Shown in pieces: positions 46,010 to 57,315 of a DNA stretch of 64,000 nucleotides (positions within the stretch are counted from its first letter, which is position 1; the number at the start of each line of letters is the position of its first letter). The notes under the pieces are model-generated. The model made no database searches, was not told where the DNA came from, and saw only the letters and a list, made by a program, of their open reading frames with translations. The translations under genes and the position numbers were made by a program. This DNA comes from Steroidobacteraceae bacterium (lineage in GTDB: Bacteria; Pseudomonadota; Gammaproteobacteria; Steroidobacterales; Steroidobacteraceae): the NCBI GenBank assembly GCA_036262215.1, contig DATAJH010000106.1, forward strand, positions 3,207 through 67,206, given 5' to 3'.

Positions 46010-48022
46010 TCAGTAGTCGACGCTCAATGTCGCCAGCACGCGTCGCTCGACCGCGGAACTCGCGGTCTGAATCTGCTGGTCGTGCAGCAGGTTCTGCCCC
46101 GACAGCGCCAGCGTGGCGCGCCGCGTCAGACGATACGCCGCACGCGCGTCCGCCGACATGTAGCCAGGAATGCGCACCAGGGCTGCGCTCGCGTTGACAT
46201 CACTGAAACCGCGGATACCGTACGCAGCGGATTGATAATGCAGAAAACCATCGAGTTCCCACGGGCCGCCCGACCAGCCCAGTTGCCCGTCCGCGGTGTG
46301 CCTGGGCGCCGTATCCTCGAAATCGGTCAGCGTGGCGCTGACCGGATTGTTGCCAAAACTGTCCTTGATCGCCTGCGGGCTGTAGCCCAGGCCCCAACGC
46401 CAGTGGTCGCCCGAGCGGCCTTTCAGTGAAAATTCGAGTCCGAACGATTGTGAGTCGCCGACGTTGACCGGGCCACCGATCAGTCCCGGCGACACCGGTA
46501 TCTGGCGACCAAACTGCGCCTGAGCGTCGTGTATGGAATCGTAATAGGCGCTGAGCGCCAACTGCGCGCCCAGCAATGGCAGGCGCCGATCCCATCCGAA
46601 CTCATAGTGCAGATTGATCGTCGGCTCCAGGAACGGGCTGCCGCCAGTAAACAGACCGGGAACCGGTAACGGAATCAACACCGCGCCCATCGCCGCGAGG
46701 GACGGCATCTGCACGCCGCGCGCGGCGGTAAGGCGCACCAGGTCGGCGGCGGTGAGCGACCAGACCAGCCCGGAATTGAAACTCAATTCGGTGAAGCCTC
46801 GATTCCACTGAGCATTGGTCAGCCCCAGGTCCGGCGGCACCAGGCCGTCGCGGCCATAGTCGATGCGATCTACCCGAACCGCATTGGTCAGCGTCGCGGC
46901 CGGCCGGATTTTCCACTCCCACATGGTGGACGCGGCCAGCACCTGGGACGACAGTTCGGCTCCCCCTTCGGGCGTCACGGCGATGCGGTCGTGCTGATAT
47001 TCGGCCGCTAGCCGAAACGAATTCGCGGCACCGATCTTGAAGATGTCCTGCAGTTGCGCAACCACAGTGGTGTCGTTGATATCCAGCGCCAGCCCGACCG
47101 ACGATGGCACGATATCGGTGCCGTTACGATACAAACGCGCCTCGGTCACGCCAAAGGCAGAATCGTTGGTCAGTACCGCCTCGACCGAATTGGTGTGAAT
47201 GTTTTCATCGACTGTTACAGCGGTGATAACGTAGTCGGGCTGGCGGACGCGGCTATCGGTGGCCTCGAGTTCAAGCTGGGTCTTGTCATTCAAAACAAAA
47301 GCGCCGCGCAGGTTCGCCGTCTCGCGCAGGTTGCCGTCGCGCGAGCCCAAGTCCTGCGGCGCCTGCGGTGTCGAGAAATCATGATCCGAATATCCACCTG
47401 CGAGTACCCGCACCCCTGCCATTGCATCTGCCTTGAGCCCCGCCGTCAGCGAACCCTGGATCAGGGACTGTGTGCCGCCAGTGAGCGACGCCTCATTCAC
47501 AGAATCGTAGAGCGGATTGTAGGTGATGATATTGATCACCCCGCCGACGGCGTTGAAACCGAACAACGCGGTATTGGGGCCCTTGACCACTTCGATCTGG
47601 CGGATGCCGCTCAATTCGACCGGCAGTGCCGACCATGCCGTGTAGTCGAAGGAATGCAGATAGACCTCGCGGCCGTCGATGAGCACCAGCAGCCGTGGCG
47701 ACTGCACCTGGTTGTAGCCTCGCACCGCGACATCGGCGTCGTCATTACCCCATTGCTGAACGTCGACACCGAGAACATGACGCAGTACCCCGGGAATATC
47801 GCGCGCCCCGGAACGGCGGATGTCGTCGGCGGTGATGATTTCCATCCCCGCCGGCACCTGGCTCGCGCGCTGCGGCGACCCGGTGACGCTGGTCGTTACC
47901 GGCTCGCCGAACAGTTGCTCGAGTGCGCCGTAGTCCATGGTCTGCGCATCGGCGCTCAACGCGCCGGCACCCAGCAAGCAGTTGCACGCCAGCAGGCACG
48001 GCCACTTGATTCGTATAGGCAT
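46010..48022 (-). CDS. TonB-dependent outer-membrane receptor
   Basis: Signal peptide, plug domain (...ITADDIRRSGARDIPGVLRHVLGVDVQQWG...VAVRGYN...), long beta-barrel, and C-terminal ...ATLSVDY ending in an aromatic residue. Start is ATG at 48022 or 48043. Confidence 0.9.
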   Translation of the reverse strand: MPIRIKWPCLLACNCLLGAGALSADAQTMDYGALEQLFGEPVTTSVTGSPQRASQVPAGMEIITADDIRRSGARDIPGVLRHVLGVDVQQWGNDDADVAVRGYNQVQSPRLLVLIDGREVYLHSFDYTAWSALPVELSGIRQIEVVKGPNTALFGFNAVGGVINIITYNPLYDSVNEASLTGGTQSLIQGSLTAGLKADAMAGVRVLAGGYSDHDFSTPQAPQDLGSRDGNLRETANLRGAFVLNDKTQLELEATDSRVRQPDYVITAVTVDENIHTNSVEAVLTNDSAFGVTEARLYRNGTDIVPSSVGLALDINDTTVVAQLQDIFKIGAANSFRLAAEYQHDRIAVTPEGGAELSSQVLAASTMWEWKIRPAATLTNAVRVDRIDYGRDGLVPPDLGLTNAQWNRGFTELSFNSGLVWSLTAADLVRLTAARGVQMPSLAAMGAVLIPLPVPGLFTGGSPFLEPTINLHYEFGWDRRLPLLGAQLALSAYYDSIHDAQAQFGRQIPVSPGLIGGPVNVGDSQSFGLEFSLKGRSGDHWRWGLGYSPQAIKDSFGNNPVSATLTDFEDTAPRHTADGQLGWSGGPWELDGFLHYQSAAYGIRGFSDVNASAALVRIPGYMSADARAAYRLTRRATLALSGQNLLHDQQIQTASSAVERRVLATLSVDY

Positions 48023-48032
48023 GTCCTGAGTC

Positions 48033-48566
48033 CTAGATCTCATTGATCATCATGCGAAACAAAGTGGAAAAGGTTGTGCCACTGGCTTGTGCCGCGGCGC
48101 GGTTGACCAGGATCTCGACGGTCGGTTCCGAACTCACACCGATCGCACACCGACCGCTATGCACTTGCGACAGATCGCTGGTGATACACGGCAGGTGCCT
48201 GGTCCGGCTTGCGATTTCTACCGCGGCGGCCTGTTCTCCCAGCCCCGCTGTCAGAAACAGCACGCCCACATTTGCCTGCGCCACGTGTTCCAGCGATACC
48301 ACCAGCGGCTTGAGCAACACGTTACCGACGCGCAGACCGCCCGCGAGCAGGCGCTGCAGATCCTGCGCATCGTGCGCCGATTGCGGATTGTCAGCTGAAT
48401 AGACAATGCCGACGGTCACCTCACCGCTCATGGGTTTGTCGAGGAAAGTCAGCGCGCGCCCCATGATCTGCAGGTCACCGGCCGTGACCTCGGCTTGCGC
48501 CGGGAGCGTCAGCAGCATCGCGCTGCAGCTCAGCAGCAGCGCCCGGCAGTAGCGCGGCAGCGTCAT
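48033..48566 (-). CDS. YfiR-like (DUF4154) periplasmic protein
   Basis: Signal peptide ...LLTLPAQA. The layout resembles YfiR by eye (...VTVGIVY...VGVLFLT...HLPCITSDLSQVHSGRCAIGVSSEPTVEILVNRAAAQASGTTFSTLF...). The family call is from memory, not a search. Confidence 0.55.
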   Translation of the reverse strand: MTLPRYCRALLLSCSAMLLTLPAQAEVTAGDLQIMGRALTFLDKPMSGEVTVGIVYSADNPQSAHDAQDLQRLLAGGLRVGNVLLKPLVVSLEHVAQANVGVLFLTAGLGEQAAAVEIASRTRHLPCITSDLSQVHSGRCAIGVSSEPTVEILVNRAAAQASGTTFSTLFRMMINEI

Positions 48567-48872
48567 GTTTCGACTCGCGCGAAACATCCATCGCAGCGAC
48601 CGGCAGCGGGAACTACCCATCGGAACGGGCGCGGCGATTTGTCGACCGGGGCTGCCATAGCTGAGCTCCCAGTCTCTTACGCGGTCGCCGGGGGTTTATC
48701 GACTCCTGAGACGCCCTATTTGCTGCTCATCGATGGCTTGTAAAATATCGCTGCCCGCACCGCCACCGGCCGGTCAAAAGCGACCAGCGCCGGGCGTCTG
48801 GCTGTGCCCGGAAGTCTTGCGCAGCTGTATAGCTCTTTGTGTTACCGGCCCAACCTGCCGGCCAAGGCGATC

Positions 48873-50300
48873 TCAACGGTTGATGATGTCGATCGCGCGC
48901 TTGTCGGCTGCCAGCGCTGCCTCGTGCAGTGCTTCCGCGAGCGTCGGATGCGCGTGAATAGTGCGCTGCAGATCCTCGGCGCTAGCCTGGAATTCCATGG
49001 CCAGCGTGGCCTCGGCAATGAGCTCACCGGCCATGGGGCCGATGATGTGCACGCCCAGAATGCTGTCGGTGTCGCGCGCAGCCAGGATCTTCGCGAATCC
49101 GGCCGCAGCCTCCATGGCGCGGGCGCGGCCGCTGGCCGCAAATGGAAATAACCCGATCTTGAAATCGATCCCGGCGCTTCTGAGCTGCTGCTCGGTCCGG
49201 CCCACCCAGGCGATCTCCGGCGCAGTGTAGATCACCGAGGGAATCACCTCGTAGTTCACGTGTGCGTAGCGGCCGGCGATCAGATCGGCGACGGCGATAC
49301 CCTCCTCCTTGCCTTTGTGCGCCAGCATCGGCCCGCGCACGCAGTCGCCCACGGCCCAGACGCCTTCGGCTGCCGTGCGGCATTGCTCGTCCACCTGAAT
49401 GAACCCGCGCTCATCGAGTGCGACGCCGGTACCGGGCGCCAGCAGGTTTGCAGTGTACGGGCGGCGCCCGACCGCAACGATAACCTTGTCGACGCCGAGC
49501 GTATGTGCTCCGCTGTTGTCGCCGTAGCTGACGGTGACGCCGCCGTCCGCCACGACGGCGCCGGTCACCTTGGCGCCAAGGCGGATATCCAGTCCCTGCT
49601 TCCTGAAGTGGCGCGCAGCCTCGGTGGCGATCTGCTGATCGGCGATGGTCAGAAAGCTCTCGAGCGCCTCCAGCACCACCACCTCGGCGCCAAGCCGGCG
49701 CCAGACGCTGCCCAGCTCCAGGCCGATGACCCCGGCACCGATGACGCAAAGCTTGTTCGGTACCGCGGCGAATTCGAGCGCGTCCCAGGAATCGACGATG
49801 TGCTGGTGATCGAACGGCGCGGATTTGAGCTCGGTCGGTACCGAGCCGCTGGCGAGCACCACATGGCGCGCTTCAAACTCACTGGTGGAACCGTCGTGCC
49901 TGGTCACCTCCACCCGCCGGCCGGGCAGCAGCCGGGCGCGGCCGAACATCCCGGTCACACCGGCCGCCTTGAACAGCGACGCGATGCCGCCGGTCATGTT
50001 GCGCACGATGCTGGCGCGGCGCTTCTGCATGACCGCCAGGTCGAGCACGATACCGGTGGCGACAATGCCGTGCGCGGCGAATTCGGTGTGCGCGCGATAC
50101 AGCAGCTCGGATGACTCGAGCAGGGCCTTGGATGGAATGCAACCGGCGTTGAGACAGGTGCCGCCAAGCGCGTTGCCGCCATCGCGATTCGTCCAGGCGT
50201 CGACGCACACGACCTTGAGGCCGTTCTGTGCGGCGCGAATGGCCGCCGGATAGCCAGCCGGACCCGCGCCGATCACGACGACATCGATAGCCTCAGCCAT
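48873..50300 (-). CDS. lpdA: dihydrolipoyl dehydrogenase (E3)
   Basis: VVVIGAGPAGYPAAIRAA...GGTCLNAGCIPSKALL (redox-active disulfide) ...HAHPTLAEA. Confidence 0.96.
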   Translation of the reverse strand: MAEAIDVVVIGAGPAGYPAAIRAAQNGLKVVCVDAWTNRDGGNALGGTCLNAGCIPSKALLESSELLYRAHTEFAAHGIVATGIVLDLAVMQKRRASIVRNMTGGIASLFKAAGVTGMFGRARLLPGRRVEVTRHDGSTSEFEARHVVLASGSVPTELKSAPFDHQHIVDSWDALEFAAVPNKLCVIGAGVIGLELGSVWRRLGAEVVVLEALESFLTIADQQIATEAARHFRKQGLDIRLGAKVTGAVVADGGVTVSYGDNSGAHTLGVDKVIVAVGRRPYTANLLAPGTGVALDERGFIQVDEQCRTAAEGVWAVGDCVRGPMLAHKGKEEGIAVADLIAGRYAHVNYEVIPSVIYTAPEIAWVGRTEQQLRSAGIDFKIGLFPFAASGRARAMEAAAGFAKILAARDTDSILGVHIIGPMAGELIAEATLAMEFQASAEDLQRTIHAHPTLAEALHEAALAADKRAIDIINR

Positions 50301-50305
50301 GATGG

Positions 50306-51547
50306 TCAGACTCCGAGCAGCAGACGGCCCGGGTCCTCGAGGCAGTCCTTGATGGTGACGAGAAACTGCACTGCCTCGCGTCCGTCGATGATGCGATGGT
50401 CGTAGGTCACCGCCAGATACATCATCGGCCGGATCACGACCTGGCCGTCCACTGCCATTGGCCGCTGTTGAATTTTGTGCATGCCGAGGATCGCACTTTG
50501 CGGCGCATTGGCAATCGGGGTCGACATCAGCGAGCCGAATATGCCGCCGTTGGTGATGCTGAAGGTGCCACCGGTCAGATCCTCGAGTGTGATCGATCCG
50601 GTGCGCGCGCGCGCGGCGTAGTCGGCGATGCCGCGCTCGACATCGGCGAAGCTCATGGCATCGGCGTCGCGCAGCACTGGCACCATCAGGCCGCGCTCGG
50701 TCGACACCGCGACGCCGATGTCGAAGTATTCGTGGTAGATGATGTCGTTATTTTCCACCGAGGCATTGACTACCGGAAACCGCTTCAGGGCCTCGATCGA
50801 GGCCTTGACGAAGAACGACATGAACCCGAGCTTGACGCCGTGTTTCTTCTCGAAGCTGTCCTTGTAGCGCGCGCGCAGCTCCTGCACCGCCGTCAGGTCC
50901 ACCTCGTTGAAAGTGGTGAGCAGCGCCTGGGTCGATTGCGCCTGTATCAGCCGTTCGGCGATACGCGCGCGCAGTCGCGTCATCGGCACACGCTGTTCGC
51001 TCCGCCCGGCGCGCGCGATGGCGGGTACCGGCGCTGCCGGCTTCGCCGCCGCCGGTGCTGCCGGTGTTGCCGCCGGCGTAGATGCCGCCGCAGCCGCCAG
51101 CGCGTCGTTCTTCGTGATGCGACCGCCGGGCGCAGAGCCTGCAACCGACCCGGGGGCGAGATTGTTCTGCTCGATGACGCGACGTGCGGCCGGACCGGCT
51201 CTGGACGCGGCTGAGGCGCTGGTTGCGGCCGCAGCGGCGGGCGTAGCGTTGCCATTACCGCTCGCCGCGGCAGTCGTTGCAGACGTAGCCGCGGTGGCGC
51301 TGGCAGTGGCCGCCTCGTCGATCACCGCCAGCAGCTCGCCGCTCTTGACCGATGCGCCGGTCTGCACCTTGATTTCACGCAGCACGCCACTGATCGGCGC
51401 CGGTACTTCCAGCACCACCTTGTCGGTTTCCAGGTCGGCGAGATTCTCGTCGCGGCTGACGGGTTGACCGGGCTGCTTGCGCCACGCGACCAGGGTGGCA
51501 TCGGCCACCGACTCGGGTAATTGCGGAACGCGGATCTCGACGCTCAT
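50306..51547 (-). CDS. sucB: 2-oxoglutarate dehydrogenase E2, dihydrolipoyllysine-residue succinyltransferase
   Basis: Lipoyl domain ...[16 protein letters not shown]..., Ala/Pro linker, and catalytic ...[14 protein letters not shown].... Confidence 0.96.
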   Translation of the reverse strand: MSVEIRVPQLPESVADATLVAWRKQPGQPVSRDENLADLETDKVVLEVPAPISGVLREIKVQTGASVKSGELLAVIDEAATASATAATSATTAAASGNGNATPAAAAATSASAASRAGPAARRVIEQNNLAPGSVAGSAPGGRITKNDALAAAAASTPAATPAAPAAAKPAAPVPAIARAGRSEQRVPMTRLRARIAERLIQAQSTQALLTTFNEVDLTAVQELRARYKDSFEKKHGVKLGFMSFFVKASIEALKRFPVVNASVENNDIIYHEYFDIGVAVSTERGLMVPVLRDADAMSFADVERGIADYAARARTGSITLEDLTGGTFSITNGGIFGSLMSTPIANAPQSAILGMHKIQQRPMAVDGQVVIRPMMYLAVTYDHRIIDGREAVQFLVTIKDCLEDPGRLLLGV

Positions 51548-54477
51548 GAACTTTTCCTAATGGCCGTGCTGATCGGCGTCGGCGCACGCTCGGGCGCGCC
51601 CGCCACGGCGCCGGAGGGCGTCAATGTCAGCCGCGGTGTATTGCGCATGGTCTGTTCAATCGACACCGCATTGAGCGCGGTGTCGACCAGACGCCGCTGC
51701 TCGAGTTCGTGATCCCTGGTCTGGCCGGTGGCAGGCGCTGCCGCGGCGGCGCGCCCGGCGTAGTACACGCTGCGGGGACCGGCAAGATCCTGCAGCCGAT
51801 GACGGATCTGATACCAGGCACCCTGGTTCTGCGGCTCTTCCTGGCACCACACCAGATCGGTCGCGTTGGCATAGCGCGCCAGCGCGGCTTGGTACTGCTC
51901 CACCGGAAACGGATAGAGCTGCTCGATTCGTACCAGGGCAACGCTGCGCAACCCACTGCCGCGGCGCGCCTTGAGCAGATCGAAGTACACCTTGCCGCTG
52001 CAGAACACCACGCGTTCCACCTGTGCCGCGGGTATGTCGTCGATCTCGCCGATCACATTGGCGAAGCTGTTGTTGCTCAGCTCGGCCAGCGCGGACACCG
52101 ACAGTTCGTGGCGCAGCAGGCTCTTGGGTGTGAATACGATCAGCGGCCGGCGAAACGGCTGCAGAACCTGGCGGCGCACCAGGTGAAACATCTGCGCCGG
52201 CGTGGACGGCACCACCACCTGCATGTTTTCTTCGGCGCATAGCTGCAGGAAACGCTCGAGGCGCGCGGAGGAATGCTCCGGCCCCTGGCCCTCATAGCCG
52301 TGCGGCAGAAACAGCGTCAGTCCGCACAGCCGGCCCCACTTGGCCTCGCCCGAGGAAATGAACTGGTCGATCACCACCTGTGCACCGTTGACGAAATCGC
52401 CGAACTGCGCTTCCCAGATCACCAGATAGTCCGGGCTGGTGGTGGCGTAACCGTACTCGAAGCCGACCACCGCCTCTTCGGACAGTATCGAGTCGATCAC
52501 GGTGAAGCGCGGCTGGCCGTCGCGCACGTGCTGCAGCGGGATGAACCGGCGGCCGGTATTCTGGTCATGCAGCACCGCGTGCCGGTGGAAAAACGTGCCG
52601 CGACCACTGTCCTGACCCGAGATACGCACCGCAACGCCCTGATCGAGCAACGAGGCATAGGCCAGGGTTTCGGCTGCGCCCCAGTCCAGGGGTATTTCCC
52701 CTGCCATCATCTTGGCGCGATTGGCAATGACCTGGGCGACGCGCGGATGCAGCACCAGTTCGTTTGGAATGTGCACCAGGCGCTGGCCCAGGGCCGCCAG
52801 CCGCTCCGGCTCGACGCCGGTGGCTACGCGTTCGGACCAATCAGCCCGTCCGTACCGCGTCCAGTCGATCGTATATTTGTTGCCGATGAGTCCCAAAGCC
52901 TGATGCAGCTCCAGCCGGCCGGAGTCGAGCGCCTGGCGATATTGGGCGACCAGTTGCTCGACGTCTGCCGGCGTCAGCATACCGTCGGCGACCAGCCGGT
53001 CGGCATACAGTTTACGTACCGTCGGATGCTGGCGGATGATTCGATACATCATCGGCTGCGTCGCCGCGGGCTCGTCGGCTTCGTTGTGCCCGAGCCGCCG
53101 GTAGCAGACCAGATCGATGACGACATCCTTATGGAAGCGCTGGCGATAGCGCAGCGCCAGACGCGTCACGAACAGCACCTCCTCGGGGTCGTCGGCATTG
53201 ACGTGAAAAATCGGCGCCTCGACGATCTTCGCGACGTCGCTGCAATAGGCGGTGGAGCGGGCATCGCGCGGATCGGACGTGGTGAAGCCGATCTGGTTGT
53301 TGATGATGATATGAATCGTGCCACCGGTACGATAGCCGCGCGCCTGGGACAGCTGCAGCGTTTCCATGACGACGCCCTGGCCGGCGAAGGCGGCATCGCC
53401 GTGCATCAGCACCGGAACCACCTTGTCGCCCTGCGCATCGTCGCGGCGCTCCTGGCGCGCACGCACCGAACCCTCGACCACCGGATTGACGATCTCAAGA
53501 TGTGAGGGGTTGAAGGCCAGCACGACGTGCACGTTGCCGCCGGGCGTTCGCACATCGGCGGAGAATCCCTTGTGGTACTTGACGTCACCGGATCCCTGGG
53601 CGTGATTGTCGTCGTACTTGCCTTCGAACTCCGAGAACAGCTGCCCGGGGGATTTGCCCAGCACATTGACCAGCACATTGAGACGGCCGCGATGCGCCAT
53701 GCCGAGCACGAACTCCTCGATGCCGGATTGGCCACCGGTCTGGATGAGCTCGTTGAGCGAGGCGATCAGCGCATCGGCGCCCTCGAGTGAAAAGCGCTTC
53801 TGGCCCACGTACTTGGTGTGCAGGTAGCGCTCCAGGCCCTCGGCCGCGGTCAGCTGCGCCAGCAGATTGCGCCGTTCCTCGGCGCTGAAGCGGTGCTGTG
53901 TGCGACCGAGCTGGAATTCATCCTGCAGCCACAGCCGCTCGTCAGTATCGGAGACATGGGCGAACTCGGCACCAATGTGCCCGCAATAGACCTGCTCGAG
54001 GCGCGCGATGATGTCACGCAGCGGCGCGCGCCTGGGCATCCAGTCGTTGCGGCTGCCGGTATAGAATTCGGTATCGAGGTCGGCTTCGCTCAGGCCGGCA
54101 TAGTCCAGATCGAGCACGCGCGGCCGCGCACGCTGCAACAGACCCAGCGGGTCGATGTGCGCGATCAGATGGCCGCGATTGCTGTAGATCTGTATCAGCC
54201 GCGAGACCGCGGCTTGCTTTTCGCTGGCGGCAGCCGCGGGTTGCGCCAGCGACGAGCTGCCCGGGCCGGCCTGGGTGCGTGCCGCGACACCTGCGATGAC
54301 CGCGCTGTGCGCCTGCTCGGGCAGAGCGGACGGCGGCAGCGTATCGAAGTAGCGGCGCCAGGCCGGATCGATACTGTCGGGATTGTGCAGATACTGTTCA
54401 TACAGCGCTTCGACGTAAGGGGCGTTGGCACCCGACAGCGGAGTGCTCGCGAGCAGCTCGGGCAGAGATGGGGGCAT
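51544..54477 (-). CDS. sucA: 2-oxoglutarate dehydrogenase E1 component
   Basis: 977 aa. ...[31 protein letters not shown]...[17 protein letters not shown]...[12 protein letters not shown].... 4-nt overlap with sucB. Confidence 0.96.
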   Translation of the reverse strand: MPPSLPELLASTPLSGANAPYVEALYEQYLHNPDSIDPAWRRYFDTLPPSALPEQAHSAVIAGVAARTQAGPGSSSLAQPAAAASEKQAAVSRLIQIYSNRGHLIAHIDPLGLLQRARPRVLDLDYAGLSEADLDTEFYTGSRNDWMPRRAPLRDIIARLEQVYCGHIGAEFAHVSDTDERLWLQDEFQLGRTQHRFSAEERRNLLAQLTAAEGLERYLHTKYVGQKRFSLEGADALIASLNELIQTGGQSGIEEFVLGMAHRGRLNVLVNVLGKSPGQLFSEFEGKYDDNHAQGSGDVKYHKGFSADVRTPGGNVHVVLAFNPSHLEIVNPVVEGSVRARQERRDDAQGDKVVPVLMHGDAAFAGQGVVMETLQLSQARGYRTGGTIHIIINNQIGFTTSDPRDARSTAYCSDVAKIVEAPIFHVNADDPEEVLFVTRLALRYRQRFHKDVVIDLVCYRRLGHNEADEPAATQPMMYRIIRQHPTVRKLYADRLVADGMLTPADVEQLVAQYRQALDSGRLELHQALGLIGNKYTIDWTRYGRADWSERVATGVEPERLAALGQRLVHIPNELVLHPRVAQVIANRAKMMAGEIPLDWGAAETLAYASLLDQGVAVRISGQDSGRGTFFHRHAVLHDQNTGRRFIPLQHVRDGQPRFTVIDSILSEEAVVGFEYGYATTSPDYLVIWEAQFGDFVNGAQVVIDQFISSGEAKWGRLCGLTLFLPHGYEGQGPEHSSARLERFLQLCAEENMQVVVPSTPAQMFHLVRRQVLQPFRRPLIVFTPKSLLRHELSVSALAELSNNSFANVIGEIDDIPAAQVERVVFCSGKVYFDLLKARRGSGLRSVALVRIEQLYPFPVEQYQAALARYANATDLVWCQEEPQNQGAWYQIRHRLQDLAGPRSVYYAGRAAAAAPATGQTRDHELEQRRLVDTALNAVSIEQTMRNTPRLTLTPSGAVAGAPERAPTPISTAIRKSS

Positions 54478-54656
54478 GGGATAACCTGGGAAGCTTCGAA
54501 AAAAAACCTGTCAGCTCAATGATCTAGACGGTAGCGGCGCGACTTAACATTCTATAGGAATGAGTCCTGCAAGGAAACGGACGCAAGTCACGGATGACCA
54601 CAGATCCTTGAATGTCTTGGCTTCCCATGGCCAGGCTCGACCACTCCAACCGACAC

Positions 54657-56195
54657 TCAAGGACGATCCGCGGATGCGCCGCTATCCCCTGCCTCCCAGC
54701 CACCGCCCAGAGCGCGGTACAGACCCACCAGATCCACTGCAACGGCAGTGATACTGTCGATCAGCGACTCCTGGTTCTGCTGCAGGGTACGCTCCGCATC
54801 CAGTACCTCGATGAAATTCGCCAGCCCGCTCTCATAGCGCTGGCGCACCAGGGTCAGCACGTCGCGGTCCTGCGCCACGGTGGCGTGCAGCCAGCTGCGT
54901 CGCTGCTGATCGGCGCCGTATATCGCTAACGCGTTCTCGACTTCGTGCAACGCCCCGAGCACCGTGCGTTGATACCCCAGGGCGGCCTGCTGTGCCCGCA
55001 CATCGTACAGACGAACGGTCTTCCAGCGGCCGCGATCGAAGATCGGCAGCTGCAGGGCGGGTCCGATCGAGCCAAACCGACTGGCCCATTCGAGCAGTTC
55101 GCTACTGGTCTCTGATTGAAATCCGCCCATGGCCGACAGCGTCAGCCGCGGATACAGATCCGCCACCGCGACGCCGCTCTGCGCGATCGCCGCGTGCAGA
55201 TTGGCTTCGGCTTCGCGAACGTCGGGTCGGCGCCGCGCCAGGTCGGCCGGCACACCGATCGGCAGCAGCTCGGGCAGTGGCGGCACGGGGGCGACGCTGT
55301 CCAATTCGGCGCGCAGTGCCTCGGGTTCACGGCCGAGCAATTGGCTGAGCTGGTTGATGCTGTGCGTGATCTGCTGGTCGAAAGCCGGCAGTTCGGCGCG
55401 TGTCGCACTCGACTGCGCAATTGCATTGCTGACGTCAACGTCGGTGGTCATGCCAGCGTCGCGCCGCTGTCGCGTCAGTTCCTGCAGCTCATCGATGGTT
55501 GCGAGATTCTCCCTGAGGATCAGCAGGTGTGACTGCGCACCGCGCAGCTCGATGTAGTTCTGCGCCACATCGGCCAGCACCGACACCAGTACCGCGCGCC
55601 GATCCTCGATCGAAACCTGAACGCCGGCGTCGGCGGCTTCCACTGCACGCCGTACGCGCCCGAACAGATCGATCTCCCACGAAGCATCGGCGCTGAGCTG
55701 ATACTGGCTGTAGGGGTTGGGAATGCTGATGCCGGCGCCGCCGGGCAAGTGCAGGTTGCCGACCGAATTGAACAGCGCTCCGGTGGGCGTGGTTTCACTC
55801 AGCCGCTGCCGGCTATAGGAGGCATCGGCCGACAACGTCGGCCAGAAACCCGCCGCCGTGACGTCACGCTGAGCGCGTGCCTCCTCGATGCGCAGCACTG
55901 CGACGCGCAGATCCAGATTCGAGTCCAGGCTGCGCTGCGCCAGCGAGGTCAGCAGCGGATCGTTGAACGCCGCCCACCACGCCGGCTGCTGCGCCGATTG
56001 TTCGGTGACTGAAGTCACCGGCTGCACATCGGCCGGCGCCGACATCGCCCGCGCGGACCAATGCGCCGGCGCCTGCGGCGTCGGCCGCACGAAGTCCGGC
56101 CCGACGGCGCAAGCGGCGCACAGCATCGACAGCGCCGCGGCGCCGAGCAGGCATGACGGAGAAACGCTATGCGGCCGGCGGCGCATGATGATCAT
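54657..56195 (-). CDS. efflux outer-membrane factor lipoprotein (NodT family)
   Basis: MIIMRRRPHSVSPSCLLGAAALSMLCAAC lipobox, ...GPDFVRP...WW..FNDPLL.... ATG at 56195 overlaps the upstream permease stop (ATGA). The track ORF is over-extended to 56570. Confidence 0.92.
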   Translation of the reverse strand: MIIMRRRPHSVSPSCLLGAAALSMLCAACAVGPDFVRPTPQAPAHWSARAMSAPADVQPVTSVTEQSAQQPAWWAAFNDPLLTSLAQRSLDSNLDLRVAVLRIEEARAQRDVTAAGFWPTLSADASYSRQRLSETTPTGALFNSVGNLHLPGGAGISIPNPYSQYQLSADASWEIDLFGRVRRAVEAADAGVQVSIEDRRAVLVSVLADVAQNYIELRGAQSHLLILRENLATIDELQELTRQRRDAGMTTDVDVSNAIAQSSATRAELPAFDQQITHSINQLSQLLGREPEALRAELDSVAPVPPLPELLPIGVPADLARRRPDVREAEANLHAAIAQSGVAVADLYPRLTLSAMGGFQSETSSELLEWASRFGSIGPALQLPIFDRGRWKTVRLYDVRAQQAALGYQRTVLGALHEVENALAIYGADQQRRSWLHATVAQDRDVLTLVRQRYESGLANFIEVLDAERTLQQNQESLIDSITAVAVDLVGLYRALGGGWEAGDSGASADRP

Positions 56196-57310
56196 TGCAT
56201 GCGGTGGCTGAACATCCACGAGGCGCCCGACAGGGTCAGCGCCGCGAGCAGGCACAGCGGCCACAGATCGGGCAGCAGCAGATTGAATCCGGTTCCCTCC
56301 AGATATACGCGCCGTGTGATGTCGATCGCGTAGCGCAGCGGATTGATCGCGGTCAGATACTGCAGCCAGTCCGGCATGCTGCTGAGCGGCGTGGTCAGGC
56401 CCGACAGCAGCGAGAACGGCATGATCAGCAGCATGGAATACAGCATTGCCTGCTGCATCGTGGCCGCCACTGCCGACAGCAGCAACCCGATACCCACCGC
56501 CGCCAGCAGGAACAGCATCAGGCCGGCGTACAGCGTCAGGTACGAGCCCGCAAACGGAATGCGAAACCAAAGCTGCGCCACCAGCAGCACACCGGTGGCC
56601 TGGATGGTTCCGACCAGCATCGATGGCAGAGCCTTGCCGGCCATGATCTCGTACGGCCGGAATGGCGTCACCAGCAACTGGTCGAAGGTGCCCTGCTCGC
56701 GCTCGCGCGCTACCGACATTGCGGTCAACATCATGGTCTGGATCAGCGTCAGCGTGCCGATCATGCCGGGGATCATGAACCAGCGGGTCTCGAGATTGGG
56801 GTTGTACCAGGCGCGACTGACCATCTGCACCGGTGCTGGCGCCCAGCCGTGATCGCCGCCCCAGGCGGCGTTGAACTGCTCGACAATGCTGCCGACGTAG
56901 CCGATGGCGGTGCCTGCGGTATTGGAGTTGCGCCCGTCGGCAACCACCTGCAGATCGGCGCCGCGGCCGGAGAGCAGCTGGCGTTCGAAGTTCTGATCGA
57001 TTTGTACCACCAGCAGAGCGCGGCGGGCATCGATATAGGTTGCAATATCGCCCGCACGCTGCAGATCCGCGACGCGCTCAAACACGCCCGAACCGTCAAG
57101 GCCGGCCAGCAGCTGGCGCGAAGCGGCGCTGTGGTCCTGGTCCAGGGCCGCGTAGGTGACGTGATTCAGGTCGTAGGTGGCGGCGTAGCCGAAGATCAGC
57201 GCCTGCACCACCGGCGGAATCAACAGACTTAAGCGACTGCGCTTGTCCTTCAGCACCGCGAGCAACTCCTTGCGCGTCAGGGCCAGGATGCGCAGCAGCG
57301 AGTCGAGCAT
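56192..57310 (-). CDS. ABC-2 type transporter permease (YbhR-like)
   Basis: MLDSLLRILALTRKELLAVLKDKRSRLSLLIPPVVQALIFGYA..., a large periplasmic loop, then 5 TM. ATG at 57310. The track ORF is over-extended to 57829. Confidence 0.9.
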   Translation of the reverse strand: MLDSLLRILALTRKELLAVLKDKRSRLSLLIPPVVQALIFGYAATYDLNHVTYAALDQDHSAASRQLLAGLDGSGVFERVADLQRAGDIATYIDARRALLVVQIDQNFERQLLSGRGADLQVVADGRNSNTAGTAIGYVGSIVEQFNAAWGGDHGWAPAPVQMVSRAWYNPNLETRWFMIPGMIGTLTLIQTMMLTAMSVAREREQGTFDQLLVTPFRPYEIMAGKALPSMLVGTIQATGVLLVAQLWFRIPFAGSYLTLYAGLMLFLLAAVGIGLLLSAVAATMQQAMLYSMLLIMPFSLLSGLTTPLSSMPDWLQYLTAINPLRYAIDITRRVYLEGTGFNLLLPDLWPLCLLAALTLSGASWMFSHRMQ

Positions 57311-57315
57311 GCGCG

